Below, one piece after another: positions 19,537-28,015 of a stretch of DNA of 64,000 nt. The notes beneath the pieces were generated by a model. That model ran no database searches. It worked only from the letters and a program-made list of their open reading frames with translations, and was not told the origin of the DNA. The stretch is taken from the NCBI GenBank assembly GCA_902786275.1, contig CADACC010000002.1:7600-71599 (forward strand), in the 5' to 3' direction. How positions within the stretch are numbered: the stretch's first letter is position 1; each line of letters starts with the position of its first letter. Both the position numbers and the translations under genes were made by a program. This DNA is from an uncultured Erysipelotrichaceae bacterium (GTDB taxonomy: Bacteria; Bacillota_I; Bacilli_A; RF39; UBA660).

Positions 19537-20730
19537 ATGGAATTAGTACCAAAACTTGTTCTTGCTAAGAATTTATATTTTTCACTATCAACTGTTAGAA
19601 ATCAACATCACTTTAAAATGAGAGATATTGATTCACTTGATGCAAGAAAAATAAAGGGAAAAAAATATATATTAGTTAAACTAAATAGTGGTAGAACTTT
19701 TACAACACCACTTAGAGAATTTAAACTAAATAAAAAAGGTAAAATAGCCTTAGGAACATTATCAGTTTTAACTGCAGGAACAATTGCTGCATCAATTGCG
19801 GGTTTTAAATACACAAAAACTGATGATGGTAAAGTAAAAATAACAGATGAGAAAGTTTATGCAACTGCAGAAGATATATTTATTGATGAAGATGATAATG
19901 TAGTTGATTATACTAGTGATGAAATAAATTCAGTTGAGTATATTGCTAATGAAGAAACTGTAACCGATGAAGTTACTTTAGCGGAGGCAATGGATATTGA
20001 TGAAACAACTAGTGTAGATGAAACTCAGTATATAGAAAATGAATATAGTAATATTAGAACGTTATCCGTTGAAGGAGATTCAACAAGAGGTATTGATGCA
20101 TATAATAGAATAATAGATAACTATTATGATGATATTGTTAAATATGGTGAAATGTATGGAATAGATCCTGCTATTATTGCAGCTCTTATGATGGAAGAAG
20201 GCGGAACTACATATGATCCTAATGCTGAAGAAAACATGGGAGCAATCGGTTTTGGACAAGTAAGTTCTAGTGATTGGAATAATCATGAGTTTAATACATA
20301 TAACTTTATAACTGGTGAATATGATTATTACAAACTTGATGTAAATGACTTAAAAAATAATCCGACAAAACAAATCGAGGCAATTGCAAGAATGCTTCAA
20401 GAATCAGCTATTAGGTACCATGGTAATTTCTCAGCTATAACTGTTTGTTATAATCAAGGCTGTGGAACAGTTGCTAATATTACAAATAATTTAATAAATA
20501 GTGGTGATTATTCATCATCTATGGATGTATACAATAATGAAAATGCTTTATTAATATTTGAAAATGATCCATATACATATGGAAATAAAGATTATACAAA
20601 TAGAATTGTTACATATTTGGATGAAATATTAAAAAATGAAGTATTTGGTAGTAGCGTTGCTACTATTAAACTTCCAGATGGAAGTGTATTTAATTACGAA
20701 ACAAGTATTCAAAATGAACTATCAAGATAG
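19537..20730 (+). CDS. membrane-anchored lytic transglycosylase-like protein (SLT/GH23-type domain)
   Basis: TM anchor followed by …GEMYGIDPAIIAALMMEEGGTTYDPNAEENMGAIGFGQVS…. This matches the SLT motif pattern (E-S/G … GAxGLMQ). Confidence 0.55.
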   Translation: MELVPKLVLAKNLYFSLSTVRNQHHFKMRDIDSLDARKIKGKKYILVKLNSGRTFTTPLREFKLNKKGKIALGTLSVLTAGTIAASIAGFKYTKTDDGKVKITDEKVYATAEDIFIDEDDNVVDYTSDEINSVEYIANEETVTDEVTLAEAMDIDETTSVDETQYIENEYSNIRTLSVEGDSTRGIDAYNRIIDNYYDDIVKYGEMYGIDPAIIAALMMEEGGTTYDPNAEENMGAIGFGQVSSSDWNNHEFNTYNFITGEYDYYKLDVNDLKNNPTKQIEAIARMLQESAIRYHGNFSAITVCYNQGCGTVANITNNLINSGDYSSSMDVYNNENALLIFENDPYTYGNKDYTNRIVTYLDEILKNEVFGSSVATIKLPDGSVFNYETSIQNELSR

Positions 20731-20789
20731 GCAAATTAGACAAATATTTAATGTTTTGATATAATAGCGAAAGCAGGTGAATAATATTT

Positions 20790-21371
20790 ATGCAAATTAA
20801 TAGTGTAGATTTAAAAAGTATTGCTGTTAGAACTAGTCAGTATCCAGAAGATAATCTTCCAGAGTTTTTACTTGTTGGAAGAAGTAACGTTGGTAAATCT
20901 AGTTTTATTAACACTTTAATAGAAAGAAAAAACTTTGCACATACATCAAGTAAACCAGGTAAGACAACAACACTTAATTTTTATTTAGTTAATAATGAGT
21001 TTTATATCGTTGACGTACCAGGTTATGGCTTTGCTCTTGGTGGAAGAGAAAAACAAAAGAAATTTGGTATGATGATTGAAGAGTATTTAAAAACTAGATC
21101 TTCAATGAGAAAAGTATTTCTTTTAGTTGATTATCGTCATAAACCAACTGAAGATGATGTTTTGATGTATAACTTTTTAACTTATTACAATATTGATGTT
21201 GAAGTTGTTGCAACTAAATATGATAAAGTAAATAAAAGTGGAAGAGCAAAACAAGATAAAGTAATTAGAGAAACTTTAAAACTTCCTGAAGATAAACCAT
21301 TTATTCCTTTTTCAACTATAACTAAAAAGGGAAAAGAAGAAGTTTATAGTATTATAGAAAGTAAATTATAA
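20790..21371 (+). CDS. engB: ribosome-biogenesis GTPase YsxC/EngB
   Basis: …FLLVGRSNVGKSSFINTL… (G1), DVPGYGF (G3), and a size of 193 aa. Confidence 0.85.
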   Translation: MQINSVDLKSIAVRTSQYPEDNLPEFLLVGRSNVGKSSFINTLIERKNFAHTSSKPGKTTTLNFYLVNNEFYIVDVPGYGFALGGREKQKKFGMMIEEYLKTRSSMRKVFLLVDYRHKPTEDDVLMYNFLTYYNIDVEVVATKYDKVNKSGRAKQDKVIRETLKLPEDKPFIPFSTITKKGKEEVYSIIESKL

Positions 21372-21378
21372 TAAATAA

Positions 21379-21407
21379 AGCTAGATAGTAAACTATCTAG
21401 TTTTTTA
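21379..21407 (+). terminator. Rho-independent terminator
   Basis: AAGCTAGATAGT aa ACTATCTAG + TTTTTT. Confidence 0.7.
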
Positions 21408-21409
21408 TA

Positions 21410-21438
21410 TTGTTAATAATAATTTATTTAGTTATAAT
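21410..21438 (+). promoter_or_regulatory. sigma-A promoter (TTGTTA, 17 nt, TATAAT)
   Basis: -35 TTGTTA at 21410-21415, a 17-nt spacer, and -10 TATAAT at 21433-21438. It lies directly upstream of the 21456 pilin/Gly-rich gene. Confidence 0.45.
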
Positions 21439-21455
21439 TAATAATAGGTGATAGT

Positions 21456-22727
21456 ATGAAAAATAGTAAGGCTTTTACACTAATTGAACTTATAGCTGTA
21501 CTTGTTATTTTAAGTTTATTAACAGTTATAGCAGTTCCAGCTATTTCTCATTTAATAAAGAGAAATAAAGATAAATCATTTAATACAAAAGTAAATGTAA
21601 TTATTAAACAAGCTAAACAATATTCATATGATAATGAAAACTTTTTAAATGGTAGTAACAAAAAATACGATGGTTATGTATGTAATACCATAACTGTAGG
21701 AGAGTTAAAAAATCTTGGTTACTTAGAAGAATTAGAAAAAGAATCAGGAACTAATAAAATAACTGATCCTAGAACTAATGAATCTATGGAAAACTATACA
21801 GTTATGCTTTATATAAAAAGTAATACAACAGGAACTGGTACAAATAAAACTGCTGGTGCCTTGGTTGGAACTATAAAAAATATTGATAAATGTGAATCAA
21901 GTGGAGACATATTTATTTATACAGGAAGAGAAGAAGTTTTTACTGCAGCAACAGCGGGAAAATATAAAATTGAAGCCTGGGGTGCAGAAGGTGGATCTGC
22001 AAGTAAAACATACCGTGGTGGATATGGTGCATATTCATATGGTGAGATAACTCTTGCTCAAAATGAAAAACTATATGTAAACGTTGGTGGCCAAGGTGGA
22101 GTAACATTACAAGCAAATGTTATAGAACTTGGTGGATATAATGGTGGAGGAATTGCTGTTAATGGTAATTCTGACTCACTAAGTTTAAATGTTGGAGCAG
22201 GAGGTGGAGCATCGTCCGTTGCTTTATCATCTGGACTACTTAGAAGTTTTGAAAATGACCCATCACAAGTTATTATTGTAGCTGCTGGTGGAGGCGGAGG
22301 AAAATATTACGCCGATAGATACCATGCAACCGGTGGAGATGCTGGAGGAATTGCTGGTGGCGATGCCAAAGACTTACAATGGTATGATAACTACGGTCGC
22401 GGTGCATCTCAAACTGCAGCCGGTTGTAATTCAACTGGTGGAAGTTGTGGTTCATTTGGTGCATCTAACTTACCAGGTTCTCCAACACCAACAACTGGTG
22501 GTGGCGGAGGCTACTATGGTGGTTCTGGTGGACAATATGGTGGAGGCGGAGGCTCAAGCTATATAGGAAACTCTAGATTAACTAATAAAGAAATGTATTG
22601 TTATAACTGTACTGAATCATCAGATGCATCAACTAAGACAACTTCAACAACGTGTGTTGAAGCTGATGCAAAAATAAACTGTGCTAAAAAAGGAGCAGGT
22701 GCAGTTAGAATTACTCACGTTGAATAG
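21456..22727 (+). CDS. prepilin-signal protein with C-terminal glycine-rich (GGxGG-repeat) domain; paralogue 1
   Basis: N-terminus MKNSKAFTLIELIAVLVILSLLTVIAVPA. The C-terminal domain is …KIEAWGAEGG…YRGGYGAYSYGEITL…LYVNVGGQGG…GGYNGGG…AAGGGGG…GGGGGYYGGSGGQYGGGGGSSYIGN…AKKGAGAVRITHVE. Its motif order is shared with the three genes at 26727-31527. Confidence 0.75.
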   Translation: MKNSKAFTLIELIAVLVILSLLTVIAVPAISHLIKRNKDKSFNTKVNVIIKQAKQYSYDNENFLNGSNKKYDGYVCNTITVGELKNLGYLEELEKESGTNKITDPRTNESMENYTVMLYIKSNTTGTGTNKTAGALVGTIKNIDKCESSGDIFIYTGREEVFTAATAGKYKIEAWGAEGGSASKTYRGGYGAYSYGEITLAQNEKLYVNVGGQGGVTLQANVIELGGYNGGGIAVNGNSDSLSLNVGAGGGASSVALSSGLLRSFENDPSQVIIVAAGGGGGKYYADRYHATGGDAGGIAGGDAKDLQWYDNYGRGASQTAAGCNSTGGSCGSFGASNLPGSPTPTTGGGGGYYGGSGGQYGGGGGSSYIGNSRLTNKEMYCYNCTESSDASTKTTSTTCVEADAKINCAKKGAGAVRITHVE

Positions 22728-22801
22728 TTTAACTAATTTGACTTTTTAAGTTATAAAGGTTAGAATATCAAATGCTTTTATAAATGAAAGGAGGAATTAT
22801 T

Positions 22802-24109
22802 ATGAAAAAAACTGTATGTATAATAGGTAAACCTAATGTAGGTAAATCAACTATTTTTAATAGATTAATTAAAGATAAAAAAGCTATTATTATGGATGAA
22901 CCTGGTGTAACTAGAGATAGAATATATGGTACAGCAACATATAATAATAAATCCTTTCTTTTAATTGACACAGGTGGTATTGAAGTTGGTAATAATAACT
23001 TTAATGAAGATATTAAAGCTCAAGCAGAACTTGCAATAGATGAATCTGATTTAATACTATTTGTTGTTGATGGAAAAAATGATTTAGATGCCAATGATTA
23101 CTTGATTAAAGACATGCTTTTAAGAAGTAAAAAAGAAGTAATTGTTGTTGCAAATAAAATTGATAATGATAATAGAAAAGATAATATTTATGCATTTTAT
23201 GAATTAGGTTTTGAAAAAATCTTTCCTGTAAGTGCTGAGCATAATTTAGGTTTTAGAGAATTACTTGATTATGTAACAAGTAAAATGACAGAAACTGAAG
23301 AAGTTATAGATAGTAATTTAAAATTTGCTATTATAGGAAGACCTAATGTTGGTAAAAGTAGTTTAATTAATGCTTTATTAAATGAAGAACGAGTTATTGT
23401 TGGAAATGAAGCTGGAACTACTCGTGACGCTATTGATACAGTATTTAATTATAATGGTGAAGAATTTACAGCAATTGATACTGCTGGTATGAGAAAAAAA
23501 GGTAAAATCTATGAAAATATTGAAAAATACAGTATCATTAGATCTTTAAAAGCTATTGAAAGATCAGATGTATGTGTTATTGTAATTGATGCAAGTGAAG
23601 GCATTATCGAGCACGATAAACATATCGTTTCATATGCTGTTGATGCTGGAAAAGGAATTGTTATATGCGTTAATAAGTGGGATACAGTTGATAATCAAAA
23701 TGAAGCTATTAAAAAATGGAAATTATTAATAGAAAATGAATTTCAATTTGTACCATATGCTAAAGTTGTCTTTTTATCAGCAAAAAATAAAAAGAGAATT
23801 CATACCCTTATGCCTGAGGTAATAAGTGCATATGAAAATAACCATAAGGAGTTACAAACATCACTTTTAAATGATGTTATAACAGAAGCAACATCACTTC
23901 ATCCAGCTCCATCATATAAAAATAAAAGATTAAAGATATACTTCGTAACTCAAACTGGAACATGTCCTCCTAAATTTACATTTAATGTTAATGATAAAGG
24001 ACTTGTACATTTTAGTTATGAAAGATATTTAGAAAATAGAATTAGAGAGAGTTTCGATTTAACTGGAACTCCAATACAATTACAATTTAAAAATAAGAGT
24101 GATAGATAG
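22802..24109 (+). CDS. der: ribosome-biogenesis GTPase Der (EngA), tandem GTPase domains plus KH-like domain
   Basis: Two G-domains (GKPNVGKST…DTGG; GRPNVGKSS…DTAG). RBS AAGGAGG is 7 nt upstream of ATG 22802. Confidence 0.9.
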   Translation: MKKTVCIIGKPNVGKSTIFNRLIKDKKAIIMDEPGVTRDRIYGTATYNNKSFLLIDTGGIEVGNNNFNEDIKAQAELAIDESDLILFVVDGKNDLDANDYLIKDMLLRSKKEVIVVANKIDNDNRKDNIYAFYELGFEKIFPVSAEHNLGFRELLDYVTSKMTETEEVIDSNLKFAIIGRPNVGKSSLINALLNEERVIVGNEAGTTRDAIDTVFNYNGEEFTAIDTAGMRKKGKIYENIEKYSIIRSLKAIERSDVCVIVIDASEGIIEHDKHIVSYAVDAGKGIVICVNKWDTVDNQNEAIKKWKLLIENEFQFVPYAKVVFLSAKNKKRIHTLMPEVISAYENNHKELQTSLLNDVITEATSLHPAPSYKNKRLKIYFVTQTGTCPPKFTFNVNDKGLVHFSYERYLENRIRESFDLTGTPIQLQFKNKSDR

Positions 24110-24123
24110 GAGAATATAGAAAT

Positions 24124-24549
24124 ATGAAAACATTTACAAGTTTAGATGCATACCTTAAAGAATTTAATTTAACTGAGGATGATATATTTAATATTAAATT
24201 TGCCCAACCAGGAATTGCAGTTGTAAGTAGACTTGGTGAAAGGACTAATGAACCTTACGATGGAGCCATTTATGAACCACCAAAAGATACTCCTGAGTTT
24301 AGAGAAGAAATAGCGGCTGATTATTCAAAAGGTTATGAGATTCAAGCAGATGAAAAAGGAAATATAACTGTCTTTTCATTTTATACACTAAAAAATCCAG
24401 ACAGAAAAAAAGTATTTGCTGGTAGAGCTATTGAAAAGGTATTCTTTTTATATGTTGGAGGTCTTTTAAATTACGCTAAAGAAGAGCAAGAAAAAAAAGA
24501 TCCTAATCAACCAACAATAATTACTAAATTACCAAGAAAAAAAGATTAA
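24124..24549 (+). CDS. hypothetical protein
   Basis: 141-aa ORF 14 nt after der. No recognisable motif. A terminator follows. Confidence 0.45.
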   Translation: MKTFTSLDAYLKEFNLTEDDIFNIKFAQPGIAVVSRLGERTNEPYDGAIYEPPKDTPEFREEIAADYSKGYEIQADEKGNITVFSFYTLKNPDRKKVFAGRAIEKVFFLYVGGLLNYAKEEQEKKDPNQPTIITKLPRKKD

Positions 24550-24580
24550 ACATTTTATATTAAATAAAATGTTTTTTTTA
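24548..24580 (+). terminator. Rho-independent terminator
   Basis: AAACATTTTA tattaaa TAAAATGTTT + TTTTTT. Confidence 0.6.
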
Positions 24581-24647
24581 TGTCCATTTATTGCATTATA
24601 CTTATATTTTTGGTACTATATTTATAGTAAAGTAAGGTGTTTAAGAT

Positions 24648-24788
24648 ATGGATACTAATAATGAAGAAGTAAAAGAAAATAACATTGATTTACTAGTTAT
24701 CACTGAAGAAGATGATTTAGTAGTTGATGCTATACCAAGTGAAGATGAAAGTGAAACAATTGCACTTAATGGTGTAAGTGGTAAGTAG
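24648..24788 (+). CDS. small acidic ORF (46 aa), not in ORF track
   Basis: RBS AAGGTG is about 8 nt upstream of the ATG. The translation is MDTNNEEVKENNIDLLVITEEDDLVVDAIPSEDESETIALNGVSGK*. It ends 9 nt before the next gene. Confidence 0.3.
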   Translation: MDTNNEEVKENNIDLLVITEEDDLVVDAIPSEDESETIALNGVSGK

Positions 24789-24797
24789 GTTATAAAT

Positions 24798-26315
24798 ATG
24801 GAAAAGCAAATGGAAAGACAATACGAAATAAATGATTTCTTAAAAACTTTATTTAGTTATAAGGTTGATAATAATACTGAAATAACACCTGAAGTTGTTT
24901 CTAGTTTTTTGTATACTTATGATCTTTCACCTGAAGAATTAAATTATACATATCGTAATATTTATCCTTACTTTGAAAAAGATTTTCAAAATACAAAAAC
25001 TAAAGTTCATGAAGATCCAAGACAAAAGAATTTCTTACAACTTAGAACAAGAAATAAATTTAATGATAATAATTATATAAAAATGTATATAAATGTTAAC
25101 CCAACATACATCTATAATGTTGTAAAACAAGTAATAGATTTTTTAAATGCAAATGGAATAGATCACAACTCAAAAGTAAGTTCTAGTCCAAGAAGTGATG
25201 GATTTGTTGTTAGATTAAAAAATGCATCTGATGCTAAAGCATTAGCTGATTATATTAATAATGATCAATCACTTGTAAGTGTTATAAGAAAACCTATACC
25301 TTTTATGTTTAGAGATGGTGTTGTAGGTTTATCATATGATAAGAATTTATCATATATAACAGTTTTAACTAATTTAATAACTAAATATATTAATAGTAAA
25401 GAAAATGCAAGTGAAATATCATATAAAGATTTCTGTCAGTTCCAAAGAGATAATATTTATAATATTTTCTCAGCTAAAAATAAACTAGCTGGTTTAAAAG
25501 AATTAGTATCAGGCGATGAATATAAAAAATCACTTGGTAGAATCAGAACTATTAGTAAAGCTTATATGGAAGAAGATTTGTTATCAAATTATTTAAATGT
25601 GTATAATGACTTAGCATTATCTACAATTGAAAATGATGAAAGTAAATATTATCAACTATATAATGGATTTACTAATACAGAACTTCAAAAGAAACAAGTA
25701 GCATCAATTACTGATCTAGTTTCTTTAGTTAAAAAAGATACTATTAATGAGAAGAAAGAATTAATAGATGATTATATTTTATATGCATATAATACATATA
25801 AGAACATAGATACTGTTAGAAAACAATTATTTGAATTTCAAAAAGGTCATTATAGCGCTATAACTAGAGATCAAAATTTTAGAGTAAGACTTGCTGATCT
25901 AGATGAAGAAGATTTAAGAACTATTACCAATCCAAGTATTGATAAATATATTAAAGATGTTTTAGCAAAAGAACTTAATGTCGAATCCGGTGAAAAAGGA
26001 ATCGATAAATATCAAATATTTATTAATGCTTGTAAGGCAACATATCAAACTCATGGTGTTGAGCAACTTAAAAAAGCAATAGAACTTGCTCTAACTAACA
26101 GAAACTATCAAGCATTTACAAATCAAAATGGTGGCTTTAGAAGAGAACTAATAAAATATGTTTTACCTGAAGAAGTTATTAATTTTGTAAATGAAACAAT
26201 TGAAAAGAATGTTAAAGTAAGAAATACATCAATTCCACTTCATGAAGAGTTTACAAATATATTTGTTGCACTAGTAATGCCAAATGAATCAATGTATAAA
26301 GGTTTAGCAGCATAA
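24798..26315 (+). CDS. hypothetical protein (505 aa), no recognisable domain
   Basis: Long uninterrupted ORF, probably co-transcribed with the small acidic ORF upstream. Confidence 0.5.
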   Translation: MEKQMERQYEINDFLKTLFSYKVDNNTEITPEVVSSFLYTYDLSPEELNYTYRNIYPYFEKDFQNTKTKVHEDPRQKNFLQLRTRNKFNDNNYIKMYINVNPTYIYNVVKQVIDFLNANGIDHNSKVSSSPRSDGFVVRLKNASDAKALADYINNDQSLVSVIRKPIPFMFRDGVVGLSYDKNLSYITVLTNLITKYINSKENASEISYKDFCQFQRDNIYNIFSAKNKLAGLKELVSGDEYKKSLGRIRTISKAYMEEDLLSNYLNVYNDLALSTIENDESKYYQLYNGFTNTELQKKQVASITDLVSLVKKDTINEKKELIDDYILYAYNTYKNIDTVRKQLFEFQKGHYSAITRDQNFRVRLADLDEEDLRTITNPSIDKYIKDVLAKELNVESGEKGIDKYQIFINACKATYQTHGVEQLKKAIELALTNRNYQAFTNQNGGFRRELIKYVLPEEVINFVNETIEKNVKVRNTSIPLHEEFTNIFVALVMPNESMYKGLAA

Positions 26316-26370
26316 ATGCTGTTAAACCTTTTTATATTTAATTCATATATTTATAATAGGGTGATATATA

Positions 26371-26613
26371 GTGGGATTAAGTGATTCCCTTTTTGATAAA
26401 ATAGAAAAGAAAACTAATGTAGATAAGAAAACCATTTATGAACTTGCAGCAAAGTTGCAAAATGGACATATGAAAGATGAAAAAACTATAAGAGAAATAA
26501 TTGACACTTTATCAAAGATGACTGGTAAAAAAGTATCTAAGGAAACATCAGATAAAATTGTTAGTAAAATAAAAAATGATGAAGTACCTAAAAAGGTTGA
26601 TAAATATTTTTAA
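26371..26613 (+). CDS. small hypothetical protein, possibly SpoVIF (YjcC)-like
   Basis: 80 aa. MGLSDSLFDKIEKKTNVDKKTIYELAAKLQNGHMKDEKTIREIIDTLSKMTGKKVS… resembles my recollection of the SpoVIF pattern (F..IEKKTGV…F.LA..LQN…DEKTVR.VI..L). This rests on memory only. Confidence 0.35.
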   Translation: MGLSDSLFDKIEKKTNVDKKTIYELAAKLQNGHMKDEKTIREIIDTLSKMTGKKVSKETSDKIVSKIKNDEVPKKVDKYF

Positions 26614-26616
26614 ATT

Positions 26617-26648
26617 AAAAGCAACGAATAATTTCGTTGTTTTTTTTA
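26617..26648 (+). terminator. Rho-independent terminator
   Basis: AAAAGCAACGAA ataat TTCGTTGTTTT + TTTTT. Confidence 0.7.
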
Positions 26649-26669
26649 CAAAAATATTATTGTAATAAA

Positions 26670-26698
26670 TTGACTTTAATTTATTAAATAGATATACT
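26670..26698 (+). promoter_or_regulatory. near-consensus sigma-A promoter (TTGACT, 17 nt, TATACT) for the three-gene pilin/Gly-rich operon
   Basis: -35 TTGACT at 26670-26675, a 17-nt spacer, and -10 TATACT at 26693-26698. RBS AGGAGGT at 26713-26719 precedes ATG 26727. Confidence 0.55.
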
Positions 26699-26726
26699 TA
26701 TATTATATATAATAGGAGGTATATGT

Positions 26727-27977
26727 ATGCCTAAGTATAAAAATAATAAAAAGGGATTTACTTTAGTTGAGCTTTTAGCAGTTGTTATAATTCTAATAAT
26801 CATTATGACAATTGCAATTACTACTGTAAATAAACAAATGGAAAAAACTAGAAAGAATGCATTTGTTGCAGATGTAAATATTTTTATAAAAGCTGCACAG
26901 CAAAAATATTCATCTGATAGATCTAACCATGCTGCTGGTGAAGATTTATTTCATAATGCTATAGAGGGAAAAGTTTGCTATTCAATAGATCAACAATTAA
27001 TTGGTAAATACGCAGAAAAAACAAGTGAAAGTTATACTGGATCAGTTGAAGTATGTTATGGTGAAGAATGTGAATATGCAATTAAAGTGTGGGCAACAGA
27101 TGGAGAACATTATGTTGACGGGGCAACATATTTTAGAGATAAAAAAGATATCAAAAAGAAATATACAACTGATTATCCTTTAACTTGTGGTGTTGAAGCT
27201 TTAGGTGGCGGTGGAACAGGTGGAGACTTACTTACTGCTGAATTCGAATCTAGACCTGAAGAATATAAAATGACAATTGTTAAAGATGGTGTATATTCCC
27301 TAGAAGCTTGGGGAGGACAAGCAGGACGTTACATGGAACTTCGTGGTGGTTATGGCGGATATGCATATACTGAAATTGAACTTCATGTTGGAGACACACT
27401 ATACATTAATGTAGGTGGAGCTGGAGGCGATTATAGTTCTGTTACTGGATATGGTAAGGGAGGCTATAATGGCGGTGCTAATGGAGCCAGTAATAGACAT
27501 GCAGGTGGCGGAGGAGCTACTACAATAACAACAAAACCAGGTTTTCTTTATGATAATGTACTACCAGATTATGTTTATTTAGTTGCAGGTGGCGGAGGAG
27601 CTAGATCTGGTTCAGAATGCTGCTGCAATGCCATGACAAGTGGAAATAGTGGTGGAGGAGCATGTGATGAATCAAATAGAATTTGCCAGTCTAATCACAA
27701 TTACGGGAAAGCGACATACCCTGGTGCTGGTGGTGGGTTTAGAGCTCAAGCTTCAGATATAGGTTGTGGCTATCCATCAGGTGGATCAGGTTATATTGGT
27801 AATCCACTAACAAAAAATGGTGTTATGTATGGTTATAATGCTACTGAAAACACATCTGCAAAAACTAAAACTATACCAACTACAAATATAAGTGAAAAAC
27901 CAATCTCTGGTTATGCTAAACAGGGTGCAGGTTTTGCAAGAATAACTTATATAGGAACATTTACTAATCAAGAATAA
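26727..27977 (+). CDS. prepilin-signal protein with glycine-rich GGxGG-repeat domain and CCC motif; paralogue A
   Basis: …NKKGFTLVELLAVVIILIIIMTIAI… followed by a conserved globular region (…KVCYSIDQQLIGKY…GSVEVCYGEECEY…WATDGEHY…). The Gly-rich domain reads EAWGGQAGRYMELRGGYGGYAYTEIELHVGDTLYINVGGAGG…GGYNGG…AGGGGATTI…VAGGGGARSGSECCCNAM…GGSGYIGNPLTKNG…AKQGAGFARITYIGTF. Confidence 0.75.
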   Translation: MPKYKNNKKGFTLVELLAVVIILIIIMTIAITTVNKQMEKTRKNAFVADVNIFIKAAQQKYSSDRSNHAAGEDLFHNAIEGKVCYSIDQQLIGKYAEKTSESYTGSVEVCYGEECEYAIKVWATDGEHYVDGATYFRDKKDIKKKYTTDYPLTCGVEALGGGGTGGDLLTAEFESRPEEYKMTIVKDGVYSLEAWGGQAGRYMELRGGYGGYAYTEIELHVGDTLYINVGGAGGDYSSVTGYGKGGYNGGANGASNRHAGGGGATTITTKPGFLYDNVLPDYVYLVAGGGGARSGSECCCNAMTSGNSGGGACDESNRICQSNHNYGKATYPGAGGGFRAQASDIGCGYPSGGSGYIGNPLTKNGVMYGYNATENTSAKTKTIPTTNISEKPISGYAKQGAGFARITYIGTFTNQE

Positions 27978-28015
27978 GTAATATTATAGAAATATAGAAG
28001 AAAGTGGTGTTTAAA

